A model generated the notes under the pieces. That model did no database searches. It was not told the DNA's origin and saw only the letters and a program-made list of their open reading frames with translations. Shown here piece by piece: positions 50,240-63,638 of a DNA stretch of 64,000 nucleotides. This DNA is from Phallusia mammillata. Its lineage: Eukaryota. The number at the start of each line of letters is the position of its first letter. Within the stretch, counting starts at the first letter, position 1. A program made the translations under genes and the position numbers. Location of the stretch: positions 9,176,001 through 9,240,000 of the forward strand of contig OZ281494.1 of NCBI GenBank assembly GCA_965637545.1. The letters are read 5' to 3'.

Positions 50240-53200
50240 ATGCTACGTGAAAAGAATCAGGCGCTTTGGCGCAAGTGCATCTTGTACCTTCAAACAATAT
50301 GTTTATTAGCTTGTCTGCTTAGTCTGGGGTTGATTTTGAAGTCTCTGCTTTTTAACAATGGTTACATATCAGTACTAGATCCAGAAAATCAGCATTTTCA
50401 CTGCAACGGTTAGTAGGCTATAGTTTGAATGGTAAATGATGGTAAAAATGGTAAAAACGAAATTAGGTCATTGAACTGCTGAATAAAGAAAAAAATTAAC
50501 AGTTAAAATGATTTAATTGCGTTTACACGTTTCAGTATCTATACATATATACATATATATGGAGGGATTCAGCCGGTTCGCACCGGTTCTGTAGAACCGC
50601 CTCACGAAATTTTATGAGTTTAGGGATCCGGTTAGCATCACTGGTTACTGTCAGTGGACTTTTTGTAACAGAACTGGCTGTAAAACATGACTTTTGGGAT
50701 AAAACCGACTGACAAAAAAATTAACCCACCACTGTATGTATAAAAATATATATCAGCACGAACGAAACTGTAAAGCTAAATTGCGTCATACACGGTACGC
50801 AAGGTACATAGGATATACACCGTTTAAAAATATTTTAACACCCCCATCTAAACTACGCAATTTGTTTTATATTGCAGTGCGACATATTGGATGCTTTGAA
50901 GCAAAGGACATCGTGAATTTGATTGAAGAGCCTGTTTATCGTATCAAAGGTTTTGTCGAAAAACGAAACTGTCAATTTAAATGTTTCATCAGGTACATTT
51001 GCCAGAAACCTAACTGCCGATAACATTTTGTTCAGCATAGTTTTTCGTGCCATAATTTTGTTCCATGCGTGTGCAACTTTGTAGCCGATTGACATCACCA
51101 ATCACTTTATCGTTGCAGAAAATTTCACATAGCAGTTCACCATGGCAACAACTGCTCCTGTGGTAGCAATCTGAACAAATCTGCGTTTTCGTTCCCCGAT
51201 AAGGTCAACGTTTCCAATGAAGAAGCTTGTGGTAAAAGCAACTACGATGTTTATTGGTCAAAAGAACATTGCGAGATCGGTAAGCCTTGCAGTACTCTCA
51301 AAAACTGACAACAAAAATTGTTATTTAAGCTTTTGACGCTTAGGTCACACCAAAGTAATATTTTTTAACAGCGGCACAGTTTGCAAGGAAACAATATTTG
51401 CAAGTTTACTGTTATACCCTAAACAGCCTTTTTTCAAACAAAAGGTGGCAGTAAGGTCCAAAAGACAAAAAATAGTTTCTCGCGTAGTCATGCACACTAA
51501 TATATTTCTTCATTGGTCCAATAAATATGACTTTTTATTTTTGTTACATTCGTCTGACAATATTACAACATTTCAGGCCCTGTTACACTACCAGAAGTCT
51601 ATGAAAAACACTACGGTGGGTGCTTTTATCGCCGGGAAAATTTCCGCAAAATATTCCAAAAGAGCTTGAGCCATAGTCGTGTGAACCCACCATATTGCGT
51701 TCTCCATTGTCAGGCTTTTGGCTTCAGTCTAGCTGTTACTCAAGACACCAACTGTTACTGTGGTAACACAGCGGAGGGGTAAGTCATGTCTAAAAGCACA
51801 GAGTCAAAACCCGCCCGGTAATTTTTTAACCGAAGCCCTTGAAAAAAACTTTCTTTCATTCAAATCATCCCACTACGTAAACATATCGTTTTGTACAGAT
51901 CTGTACTGAAATCAATCTTAAAACATTTTGAAAGTACAAATAATGTGAATATTTTTAGATTTTGGAAGCCTGAATAACGCCCTAAACTACCTTTAGGTTT
52001 TTGCTTTCGGATCCATTGGACGACGCAAAGTGTCTTAGTCAATATGACGAACTAATGTCGACTTATGATATCGGAGGCACTTCGGATCCCGAAGATTTAT
52101 CTGATGAGGTCGCACCTGTGGCTGTGTGGAGAACGTATTCAGAAGACAAGCGCTGCTCACAGAAGAGGTTCTTTGAGTCAACTCATGCACAGCAAATAAG
52201 TCTAGTAGGACTCTCCGGATCGGGAGTGACATGGCTGAGGTCCATGATGGAAGCGGCAACTGGTTATTACTCTGCAAGTACAAAGGCAGCCTGGTCAATT
52301 TACAATAGCGGTAAGTTGTTGGTCTTCAGGTTTACCTCTTGCTGGTGGTATATGCATTGAAAACACTGACCTTCTATTTGGTGATTGTTTTTTCGAGATG
52401 AAATTTTTAGAGCTCTTCTGGCAATTGTATTTTTTATACCAGCGTTTCGACGTCCCATACATATCGCCATTGTCATGGTAAATAACACTAAATGCGCGTG
52501 GCACAGTTAACGATAAAGGAAAAAAGAATTTTTCAACATGTTTGTTTATTTAGGTTTCCTGGGTGAATTTTCAACGGAAAATATTTTGTTTAACCGCACT
52601 ACCTACAGTACTCAAGAGCGATTTGCACACGGAACCAAAGTAGTAATGCTTGTTCGCAATCCGTACGACGTTCTGCAGGCACTCTACACTACCTTGATTG
52701 TAAATAAGAAAGAACTGAATTTGAACAATCCCTATTCGTTTCCAAGAGGTAAAACGCATTTATTACCACGATCACCTGTCGATCTTTTAAAAGTCGCGCT
52801 TTAACCTGGCAACCTATAATTTAATGCAATATCTAATATACACATCAGCAATAACCTATTCCTGAAGACAAAGTGTTCGCATGCTTTGAAATTCAAGGTT
52901 AAGCAGATGGTGTTTGCTATATGGTTTTATTAGGCTACATTTAAAGAATATTTTTCTTAAAACGAGAAACGTTTTTCGCGATTTGGATGTGCAACTGTCC
53001 CTTATGTTGGCTTGAGCATTAACTCAAACGCTTAAAGATAAACGTATCGCTGTTTACGCCATTTTGGCATTATAAATTAGCACTGATCATTTTATTTAAC
53101 ACGTAGATTGGGATAGTTTTGCCACAACCGCCATTGGAGAGTGGGTTGAAATGTATTACGTAATCATGAACGAAAACCCCGCTGCTCTAATCGTCTACTA

Positions 53201-53456
53201 CGATGATCTACTCAATGACCGAATCGGAGAGCTTCGTAAAATCATCAAGTTCATGGGTGTGAAAGTAACCGATCTTGAAGACAGAATGATGTGTGTAAGG
53301 AGTTTGCCAGTCGGTTTTGTTCACGACCAAACCTTTCCACAACTTGACGAACCATACAACGCCTACTCAGTGTTGGTGATTAACGAAGCAATTCGCCTTC
53401 TTCGGGCTGCAATAGCAAGTCACGGTTACCCACCCTTGCCACAATACGAACGCTAG
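50240..53456 (+). CDS. WSCD: WSC-domain-containing sulfotransferase-like type II membrane protein (501 aa; exons 50240-50408, 50878-50992, 51119-51279, 51577-51778, 51997-52310, 52554-52748, 53107-53456)
   Basis: N-terminal TM anchor; two WSC domains (HIGCF...C...C...CSCG; YGGCF...CVLHCQAFG...CYCG); sulfotransferase domain (SGSGVTWLRSMMEAATGYY; LVRNPY; LIVYYDDL; DRMMCV) with WSCD1/2 architecture. All junctions are GT-AG and in frame. Confidence 0.88.
50549..50734. mobile_element. hAT-type MITE with eroded left end, in WSCD intron 1
   Basis: gggattcagccggttcgcaccggttc... and a right end cccaccactg; the left TIR has decayed into a TA-rich tract. Confidence 0.5.
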
Positions 53457-53537
53457 CCCCTGAAGCGTATGTTTCAAAATACGAAATGCTAAAACGCCAC
53501 CTAGAAATTATTTTGTTTATTCTGTAACACTATACCA

Positions 53538-53849
53538 CAGTGGTTCCCAACAGGGGAGGAATTCCTCCCTACGGAGGAATTTTATGAGTTCAGGGGAGGA
53601 ATTTCATAAAAACTTTAAAAAAAATTACATTGGAAATGTTACAGTATATTTTTGTGTATACATTAGGGATGTCCATTATAATTTGGATCCGGTTGTAAAG
53701 GATTCTAAAATGGACTTCCCTAATTATAAGGTATATTTCAAATTGCTTTAATTTTTCATGTTATATTTGTTTTTCGTCTTATGGGGAGGAATGAATAGTT
53801 CGAAAACGGGCAAAGGGAGGAATGTAACAAAAAAGGTTGGGAACCACTG
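53538..53849. mobile_element. hAT-type MITE just 3' of the WSCD-like stop
   Basis: Perfect 14-bp TIR cagtggttcccaac / gttgggaaccactg; perfect 8-bp TSD ctatacca. Confidence 0.92.
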
Positions 53850-54492
53850 CTATACCACCTATCGTATTGTCCTGTTTGGGGTTGATTTTAATTTCTATTT
53901 TTGTGTATTATAGATTCTCATTAAACCTTAATAAATTCAGATCTGTTAGGTCAGAGTTTCTCAGCCACCGAGTCGCAAAGTCGTTACTAGTGACATTGAA
54001 AAAAAAGCGAAACATTTTTTTTATTTTATCATACAGATAATGCAGTTACAGAAGCCCTAGTGCGTGTGAACGGTGAACACACTGAAAAAGTTATCGCTAT
54101 ATTTCTGCAGAGGCATGGGCCTTTACTGTCTACTACTCTACTACACATAAGCGTGCGAGTCACGATACAGAGCTTTGTGATTTGGTTCGACAAAGTTAAA
54201 TAAGCGAAGTGAATAAACACCAGAGCAGCGACTTCGATATAAATTTTAAATCAAAATGTGAGAATAATCACAGCATAGCAGCACATGAACTTATTTAAAT
54301 GACCGTTTTATTTGAAAAAAAGTTGATTTTGATTGGTTTTATATTCTCGGTGTTCGTTCATCCACCGGATCACATAACTTTTGCAAAGCTTATAAGTTGA
54401 CGCACCTTAAAAATGCATTTACTTAAAAATTTAAATTTTACAAAAGTTTTCAGCTAACATTCGCAGAGAGTAGGCCTAATACTTGCATCTGG

Positions 54493-54630
54493 GTAGAACT
54501 ACAAACGTAAGAACTCACAATAGCCAGGTTCTTAGCAATTATTTTCACCGTAAACGTCTATGCTCCGTTGCGCCACCTATAGGAAATTCCTAAACCCGGC
54601 TACTTTGAGTTCTTACGTTGGTAGCTCTAC
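54493..54630. repeat. Inverted repeat (~36-bp arms), foldback or MITE-like
   Basis: gtagaactacaaacgtaagaactcacaatagccagg vs the reverse complement of cccggctactttgagttcttacgttggtagctctac (~30/36). Confidence 0.75.
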
Positions 54631-55857
54631 CGGTATCCTTCAAAGCTTGGTGCATCTGTATCCATTGCTTACTACAGCATAAAATTGCGTTACGCACATT
54701 TATATTGTTTGGTTTTAATTTGAGTTACACGCACGTTCATACTGCTTGGTACACTTTTATTGCTTTATGCTCGCTTTGAAATTTCTTAGTGTACATTTGT
54801 TTTCTACCTCTCTATGCGCCCAAAACTGTCTTGTGCACTTGTTCATCACTTGGACGTTATTCCTGTCGCTTGGTGCAAATTTACATCGGCTGATGCTCCC
54901 TTATATCGCTTTATGTAGATTAAACTTTTTAGTTGGTACACATGAAAATTGCTTGATGCACACCTATACATTTCGCTTGGAGTTTCTATATTTTGCTTGT
55001 TGGGCCCGTATTGGTGCCAGCAGAGGCAGAGTAGGATTACAAAAGTAGGGGAATTTTGGCGAAAAATCTGTGTCCGGAAATAATTTTCAAAAACACATTT
55101 ATTGCTTGGGACTTTAGCGTCAGTAGCCTAACCAACAGTAGTTTTCACAATTCTTTTTATGGGGGACTTGAAGGTTTATATTATAACTGTTGTCTGTGCT
55201 GATTTTGATGCACGCTATTCATGCGAAACAATGCGTATTGATAGCTAACAATACTCTGTTAAAAGGACCGGATCTTGTAAAACTTTTTGTTTCGTAACTT
55301 ATTTAGAAGCAAAACTGCGTTTTTTTTCTCTATTATAGTAAAAATATTGTATCAAAAACGACACAGTTTGAGTTGACAACGTGTAACAACATGCCAACTT
55401 TGGTGTCACCAAAGATGTTTATTAAAAACCGTCCGGAATTTTGCTTTTGCAGACATGGCAAGTGGCAACCCTAACCAAAAGTCTGCATAAACATATATGC
55501 ACACACATTCATACTGTGGCAAAAAATTGATGTAAACACAACCTCATAAAGGTGCATCAAGTATTTAAGAAGTCTCTTTAATTTGTTTGTTGTAAATTTA
55601 AATCGTTTGGTCCCTTTAATACCGTTACGCATCAGTGATTTATTATTTCTCTGACGTAGGCGTTCCTGTTTTGTATGTTTTGCCATTGTTGTGACGAAAA
55701 TGATGCTGGTTGATTGCAAATTGCTATGTAACAGTTTTATGTTGACGGTAAGAAATCGTCGTTTTTAACGTATTTGTTGAGCAGATTGATGGTTGTGCTA
55801 TGGGCTAACGACCTATAACGTTATCGCTTTTGATTAGATTTCAGATTTGTTTTTGTG

Positions 55858-58800
55858 ATGTCGTGGTTAAATAACTTGACAGACTTAGCTGGCAAGGCAG
55901 AGTCGTTGCTAAACAACATTGACCAGTCTGCAGCAGTTGCTATTTCTAAAGCAGCTGACCAAAATGAAGACAAATTGCAATTGCAACCACCACCTCCTGC
56001 GACAGAAAGCATTAGACAACAAGTACCTGCTGCGAAACCAGAAAAAGTTACCAAAAATGTACCTCTACCTGAAGACAAACCTATCATTGGTGTTAAGACA
56101 CCAGGCAAAAAGAGGGAAACCAGCTATGCCAAGGACGCACCTTCTGATGATGCTTTGTTTAAGTTCCTAAACAGTGACAAAAAGATTTCTAGGTCACGTA
56201 CACAAAACACAACAATACCACCAGGAAATAAAAAGCTTGGGACTCCACAATCAGCTGCAAATTCAGCCAGCAGTCAAGTGAAACTAACTGGAGACAAAAA
56301 GGAACAATCAAACCAACCGCCTGGTATACCAACTTCCTTGGAAATATCACGAAGCTCTAGTTTTGACTCAGACCGATCAAAATTAAGTGGAAGAATTTCT
56401 GGAGATAATGGCTCAAGCTCATCCGAACACCATGAGACAATTTCAGAAGCAGGTAAAATTTTAACCACATTTGACAAAAATTACAAGCTCTTTATAAAAA
56501 GCATGGAGCCATAAGCTTCAGACAGTGCACACTGTTTCAACCTCTAAGTTATTTTTAGTTACTCTTAACAAACGGAATTGCAGTAATGTGGCCACACTAG
56601 CCTTTGCAGTCAATGCATTTCGCCAATTGCAGTGATGAGCCTTAAAGGCCAAGACAGTGAGCACTGTCTGTAGCTAACCTTGACAAGCTCTTGTTTGAAA
56701 AAATATTTTTTTGCTACATTCTATACCACAACATGGTCTTGATATGCTTGTGTACATTTTTTCAATGCAATATTAATACAGATGTTATAACACTTCCAAC
56801 GGACTCGACTGCATCTGAAAGTGAGTTTGAAATGGTTGGAAGTACACCGACAGCATCATCAGATCGTGATACCCCAGAAAGCGGGGAAGCAGTATTACCA
56901 AGTGTATCTTCATCACATGATCTTGCAGTGGAGAACCGCCTTCTAAAAAATGAGATGTCATCACTACATCAGGAGTTGACTCATATGAATGCCAGGAACA
57001 AAAAAATCAAAACAGGTTGATAAATATACTACATTCACCCAAGGTTCTTAACCAGGGGGTGCATAAATTCGTATGGGGTGCCATACCTGTGCCTTGTGGT
57101 AAAAGGATAAATCACTGGAATAGCCTACACAACCAGTGTCTTATTACCAGCGGCACTAATGAGACCTTATGGGTAAAATTTGTGTGATTTGTCTGTAGGT
57201 TGATAAGTGTTGTGGGAGTTGATAATATCCTGGTCTGTAAAAGTACAGCAATGCATTTTGAGTACAACTGTGTTGAGCAGTGATCTACCAATTTCAAAGT
57301 TTTAAACTGCATTGAAAGGTTTAATGTTAAACAAATAAAGTGCTGTTGTGTTATTAAAAACAAATAAACCAATGTTTAGTTCAAAACAAACTGAAATTAC
57401 TGACAGAGTTTAAAAATGTTTTTAGACTTGCAAAGCTCAAATGTTGAGCTTCGCAACCGGTGTGATGATCTCTGTGAGGAGTTAAAGGTCAAAAGTACGC
57501 AACTATCAGCATTGCAAATGAAGCTAAGGGAATCTGAAAACCTGCTAATCATGGAACAGGAAAATTCAGAAAGAGTACAAAACAACCTGGAACGGTTTGT
57601 TTGTCCAATATCAGTAAATTTCTATAAGACTAAATTGAAAAAACTTCTTTTTGGTATGATCAAGTTTTGTGGTATGTACAAAGTTTAAAAATCTCATTGT
57701 TTTCAGGTTACAGCTTGATCAAAGTGAAGGCTCTGACATGCATGGACGGGCCATTGATGAGCTGAGGTCAAGACTTGAAGAAGCTGAACATAACTTGGCA
57801 CTGGAAAAAAGAGCACACAGGTTTATAAAGATCAATATCAGTCGCCTTAAAGCCTGCATTCGGTTTTATGTTGACGAAATGTCTTCACACATTCTTTGAA
57901 CAATATATATATACCTAGTTAACAGCAGAGTACTGTTTAGGTTATAGGACAGTCACTGAACTGCATTCAGTGTTGTGAGTCATCGATTTTAGCATGTCGA
58001 TATGTCATCACATGAACCATATTTTAGCCCAATCCTGGTTCATATTTTCACCATACATGGTGTATACTACTTTCAAATAGGTGTTTGTGGAATTGTTTTT
58101 TTTATTGCTATTACTTGTATTGCAAAAATCGGGTTTGGAAAACGTTTTAACTCTTGAACTTGTTGTACAATATCCAGATAACAGCTGTTCTATAAAAGTT
58201 AAACCCTGTTCCCAGCTGTAAACAAAATGTATGACATTCTTTGCGTACATTACTGTGTACTGCTAGTGCTATTTACCTGCATCAATTATTCATACATACT
58301 TTGGTTTTGCTTTTCCACAATTCAACACTTATGGTGGCACAAAAACGACAACCCAACAAGTGCAATTGGACTATCACAGACATAAGTACTGGTCTTACTA
58401 GTGTCTTGTTGTTTGTACAGGGTGAATAGGGTTGACAAGATCAGGTAACAAATAACGCCGTTTCTAGTGGACTCAATGTGGTGTGCTTTTTTCTGTTTAA
58501 AATTTAAACTGGTTTGCTGACTGCCAGTGAATGGTTGTAGGCCGTAGAGGGTTTATTGAAAAGTTAAACCAGTAGTGGTAAATGACATTGTGTTTTTGTG
58601 TATCTAGTGAGGCAAGACAGGAGGTACTGCAAAATAGAACCCGTCAGGATTCAGAGACAAAAAAGATTGTTGAGTCTTACCAAAAGTCGGAAAGAGATCG
58701 CCAATTGGACAAAAGTAAGTTTGATGTTTACAATGTGATTGGGGCTAAAACAATTGCCCTGTGTTTTTTTGTTCAAAGGAAGCATGTCCTAGAAAAGCTT

Positions 58801-61800
58801 TAAAGTTGTTAACCTTTCTATAATACTTTATTTTAAGTGTATAAGCTTGGACCAATCTTTGCTTGCATGCTGCTTGTTACCTAGCATAGCACAAAAAATG
58901 CAGTTTTAGTCCCAACATAATTATGTCAAACAAAACTTTTTCTGTTTTTCAGGAAAAGTAGATGAACTTTCTTCAGAGATCAGATCTCTGAAGAGCAGTT
59001 TGTCTTCCAGCAAACAAGAACTTGCTGATTACAAACAGAAAGCCGCAAGAATTCTGCAGGTAGCTGGTTTACAGTGACTAACTAACCCAGTGGTTCTCAA
59101 CCTTTCATGGACCATGGTCCCCTAAAAGTATATTTTGGGCCTCGTGGCCCAATTTAAATAACAATGTAAGATCTGTGGCCCCCTGCAAAAAATTAAATGG
59201 CAAACTCGTGTTGAGATTCAATATTTATTTTGGATTTAAACAAGTCGAATAGAGTAAACAACAAACTGTAATTGTGGCAAACCTCAATATGGACAAAGAG
59301 CGTTAGGGATTAAAGATATTTGCAGCACACACTCAGTTCTGCCCATTAGAAAAGAAAATGGCTCACTGGTTTTTAGTGGACGTTTTCGGTGAGGCTACAC
59401 CCGTGGCTCCCCGGAATACAGCTCGAAGCCCCCGGTTGAGAACCATTGGACTAACCTATTTAAACAAGTCTTGTTTGCACAAAACTTGACTTTTTTGCTA
59501 AGAATCTAAATTTTAAAAATATGCACATTGATTTTTAGTCCAAAGAGCGACTGATTGCGAGTCTCAAAGGAACAGGTGAAACAGAAATGACATCATCAAC
59601 TATTGCATCACTTGAGCTGGAAGAACTGAAACAGGAAAGAGATTCAGCCAGGGATGAAGCTGTCTCACTCCGAATTGAGATTCAGAATCTTAGAGCTGAA
59701 TTTCAGGCAAGCATTTTTCAGACTAAATTTAATTTGAAATTTAATCTTTAATGGCAATTTACCCTATACAGTAATGTTACACTACAAACTTGCCTGACAT
59801 AAACTGCACAACCAGAAATATTGTTTGTTTTCATCCAGTTAAAAAACTTAGGTGGCCAAAATGACTTAGTGTGTAGTAGCTTTATAAATATATACAGTGG
59901 GAAATGATAAAACAGAATCGGCCTCAAAACTTGTTTTGTTTTAAGTTTTGTGAATATTTTACCACATTGGAGCATTTAATGACTTTACTTTTTCATGAAA
60001 GGAGTTCTGTAAAATATCAAGGCACTTTAAAATACAAAGCTTTTACCTATTCCATCGTTTTAAACAAATTTGTCATTCAACTGGTGTGGGCCAGAGAAAA
60101 TACCTGTCAGTCACCTTTTTTTCGAAGTCTATCGTTTTGCTATTTTGTTTTGATTGACTCATTGAACAAATAAAGTAAACATTCTGCTTTGAAAACACAG
60201 GATACTGAGCAGCAATACCAGCAAGAAAACACATCCCTTGCACAAGACGTAAATGATCTACGAAGTCGCTTGGATGAAGATGCCAGATCCCACCGGGAGG
60301 TTCAATTGGAACTAAGCAGATTACAAGAAGAAATGAGACAGGATCGGGAAGAAGCCACCAGATCCCGATCAAGCATGCAAGCCAGGGTGAAAGACAAAGA
60401 AATTGAGATTGAGCGTCTTCGAAATCAGGTAAATATACAGTAGCAATGGGTTCATAATCACTTGAACATTAAAAATCACCGTGTTTTTCTCACATAAGAA
60501 TTTTTGTCAACCCATCTTTTGGTTCTGACCCATTTGTTGCAAAACACTGTTGAGTCATTAGATCAGTCAAACATTTCAATGTCACAAACTACGATGACAT
60601 ATGCAATTGAAGCCAAAAACAGTAAATCTTGGTTCATCCAGACCCATTTGAATCAAAATGTGTGTCTGGATAGGGCCAATATCTGGATTAACTGGTGTCG
60701 ATTAGTTTAAACCTTACCACATTACAAATCATTTGTACCTTGAGTTTCGTCTGAATTAGGTGAAGATTCTGATTAACTGAATTTGGTTTAAACAAGTTTT
60801 CTGTTTTTGATTTTGGGGGGATAGCAGGGCAGTTTGGGCTTTAGGGTAAACTAGAGCATGACGCTTGTCCATTACATTCATAACTAACAATGAGTCACTT
60901 TTCATACAATCATCTAATTGTTTTATATTCTGTAGTTTTTTATCCATATGATCTTTCATTGTTGTCATAAAGTTGATGATCAAAAGTCAGAGTTCTCCAC
61001 AAGAAAGCGAACTGGAATCACGCTTACGACAGCTCACCGAAACTGTGATACAAAAACAAGCCATAGTTGAGACACTGTCAGCAGAGAAAAACTCACTCCT
61101 GGTGCAAATGGAAAGAATGGAGGTGTGTGATATAATTAATGACAGTGTGTTGCAATTTGTCAAGAGACTGTTAGGGTTATTGCCTTGATGCTGTCAACCT
61201 ATGTGGAAGCTGAAGTTTAATTTTTTTAGCAAAAACATTTGAAAAAAAACAAGGTATATGCTGATTGAAATCAAAATAAATGTACTTGGTAATATGATCA
61301 GATGTCCAATTTATGCCCAAATGTGTAAAAGAAACATTACAGCAAAACAAACTTGTTTGGTTCCTACTTCCTACTATACTCCCCTATTTTCTACATAGTA
61401 TTGTAAACTTATTTTTAAGTAGCACACTTACTTCCTTTTTTATCAACTATTTTATAGTCATAACTTGTGCTGCCATCATTGATACCATCTGGGTTGTTAA
61501 GAGATAAACAGCAAAAATAGCTTTAGCAAAGACAGCCTACTGGTAGAATTAACTGTATATTAATTGGCTTGGTGCTTTTTAACTAATGGACGCACAACTT
61601 TAAGGGTCAAGTCAAGCGTTTAAGCCAAGAAGGTGGAAGTCATGTTCGTCTTAACATGGATGGTGATGAAGGAAACCACCATAGCAAGACCTCTTCTTAC
61701 ATTCCTGAATTAAGTTACAGCGGTCCTGAGCATGGAGTTGTTGGTAAAGTTCGAAAAGCTGCCTCTGCGCTGGACAGGTTTAGGTAAACGAATGTTCTTA

Positions 61801-62579
61801 TCCTGGACATACAATAAATTGTCATCAAATTTATGCAACTTATCAAAACCCATTGATGCCTTTAAGTTTATCAATTGTAAAGACAAATATTGTTTTGTCA
61901 ATTGCAGCATAAGACTTGGAGTATTCCTGAAGCGATATCCTCCTGCAAGATTGTTTCTTATTTTCTATATGGTATGTATACCTTTTTCGCTTACTTGCTA
62001 TATGAAGTGCTGCTCTCCAAACAATCATTAGTCAAAATGTTTTGTTAGGCTCAACATGATCATTTTAAATTGTTTGAAAGTTATATGTGCCCTACTTTGA
62101 CTTTCAAAAATGATGCAGCAAATGTAATGTAACCTATTCGTGGCAGTGTTTTTTTGCTAGTATTAGCACTCGGTTTGGGTGGGCAATTCAGAACAGTGTC
62201 TTGTGGTAGAATCAAATCCAGATTAGTTAAATCAAATCCAGGATACCAAATCCTATCCTTTTTTGTGATCATGCAGTAATGTGGAACCATTAACATAAAA
62301 ACCTACTTTTCTAATTGCATATGGGTGTTGTAACTGCACAGTTAAAATACAAACCAAATTCTGTCATCCAGTTTTGTTTTTGACTCAAATCCTCAGGATA
62401 TTTTAACTCTAAACTGTCCATTTCTTCTTTATAGTCACAACCAACTTTGTAATACTTCTTTTGTTTGACAGGGTCTCTTGCATATTTGGGTTATGATAGT
62501 TCTGCTTACATATACTCCAGAAGTGCACGGTCAAGATTTTGTTGGTCCACGGAGGACCGATTTGATGGTTGGATGCTAA
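55858..62579 (+). CDS. GOLGA5: Golgin-84 / golgin subfamily A member 5 (740 aa; exons 55858-56452, 56782-57015, 57426-57594, 57707-57820, 58608-58714, 58953-59059, 59539-59706, 60201-60428, 60973-61122, 61605-61783, 61908-61971, 62472-62579)
   Basis: N-terminus MSWLNNLTDLAGKAESLLNNIDQ; coiled coil ELADYKQKAARILQSKERLIASLK; ELESRLRQLTETVIQKQ; C-terminus SIRLGVFLKRYPPARLFLIFYMGLLHIWVMIVLLTYTPEVH. All match golgin-84. Intron 7 is GC-AG. Confidence 0.96.
59088..59448. mobile_element. hAT-type MITE in GOLGA5 intron 6
   Basis: TIR cagtggttctcaacc / ggttgagaaccattg (14/15); TSD aactaacc / gactaacc. Confidence 0.85.
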
Positions 62580-63507
62580 AATCTCTCCATTCACCGTACT
62601 AACAGTATTAAGCAGCATACATACAGAAATCTTGCTTGTGTGCTTGACACTCCAAGGAGATCGTTACTTGGAAACATTCTGCTGTACATGGTGCACTTAG
62701 CTGTGAAAAGCTTGTTTTTCAATTTAGCAAACATAGATAGCAGAATATTCTGCCAGAAATTTGAATTTTTTCCCATGATATTTAAGTCTGTTTGGTTTTT
62801 AGTTTCACACAAAACTTACAACGATTGTTTTTGTGCACAAATGAAATAAACTGGCATTTTAAAAAACAAACAAACACAGAAGCCTATGTGTTCAGTTGCA
62901 AACTTATCCAAACAAAACATTTTTTTTGAGAAAAGGCAATTTCACAAATGTATATGTATTGTTCCACTTTGCGTATTATGTATTTTGGTGCTTAACGATT
63001 GTGTATGCAGACAATGTGTATGTAACTCCTACAGCTTAGCTTGGTACATCATTCACTTCTAAGACACAAGCATCAACATAGGTCCCATAACCTTAAGAAA
63101 CTCTTACAGTGTTGAAGCTATAATTTTATTGAAGCCCAGTACACAAATCTTGCAGTTATCTTTTCCATAATCTGGTTATATAGCCATGTGCAATAAAACT
63201 TTTCCGTTGTGCTGTTAGTTGTAAAAAACAACTTCACGGGTAGTAAGTTTTTATCCAATAAAAGAATATTACGTATACATATTACAACCAGGACAGTTTC
63301 TTTTGTGGCAGTGTGTTGCCCAAATTTTTTGTTGGAACAAATCAAAAAGCAGAATTACCTTCACTTGTCTCAGCAGGTTTGCATTTCATATTGTAGTAAA
63401 AGCATTTTAAAATGTCTTTAGAAAGTAAAAATGCTTTTTGTAATAGCATTTTACACTACTGAAATGGGCTAGCATAACTTCCTCCATAATCACAATCAAT
63501 CTTGTCC

Positions 63508-63638
63508 TAAAGTGTATATAAAGGGGTGCAATTGATGTGGCCTTCATATCACTGATGATGGCATGAGCATTTGCCGAAACGTTTGAACAATAAAGCATGT
63601 CGCTTTTTACGTCTATTTGGGCCGTTATTTTCACCATT
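63508..63638 (+). mobile_element. Penelope-like element terminal (pLTR-like) fragment
   Basis: TATATAAAGGGG, then the hammerhead motif, then AATAAA. Flanked by a 10-bp direct repeat AATCTTGTCC (63498-63507 and 63639-63648). Confidence 0.55.
63549..63586 (+). ncRNA. Minimal type-I hammerhead ribozyme motif (Penelope-associated type)
   Basis: UCA-CUGAUGA-U-GGCA(ugagcauu)UGCC-GAAAC-GUU-UGA. It has a complete core, 4-bp stem II, 3-bp stem I (UCA/UGA) and a palindromic AACGUU stem III that could only pair as a dimer. Predicted cleavage is after GUU. Confidence 0.65.

Noticed and set aside
54746-55048. 100-aa hydrophobic ORF that looks like a membrane protein
   Set aside because: Non-ATG start, lies in a T-rich degenerate repeat, and has no splice context or family motif.
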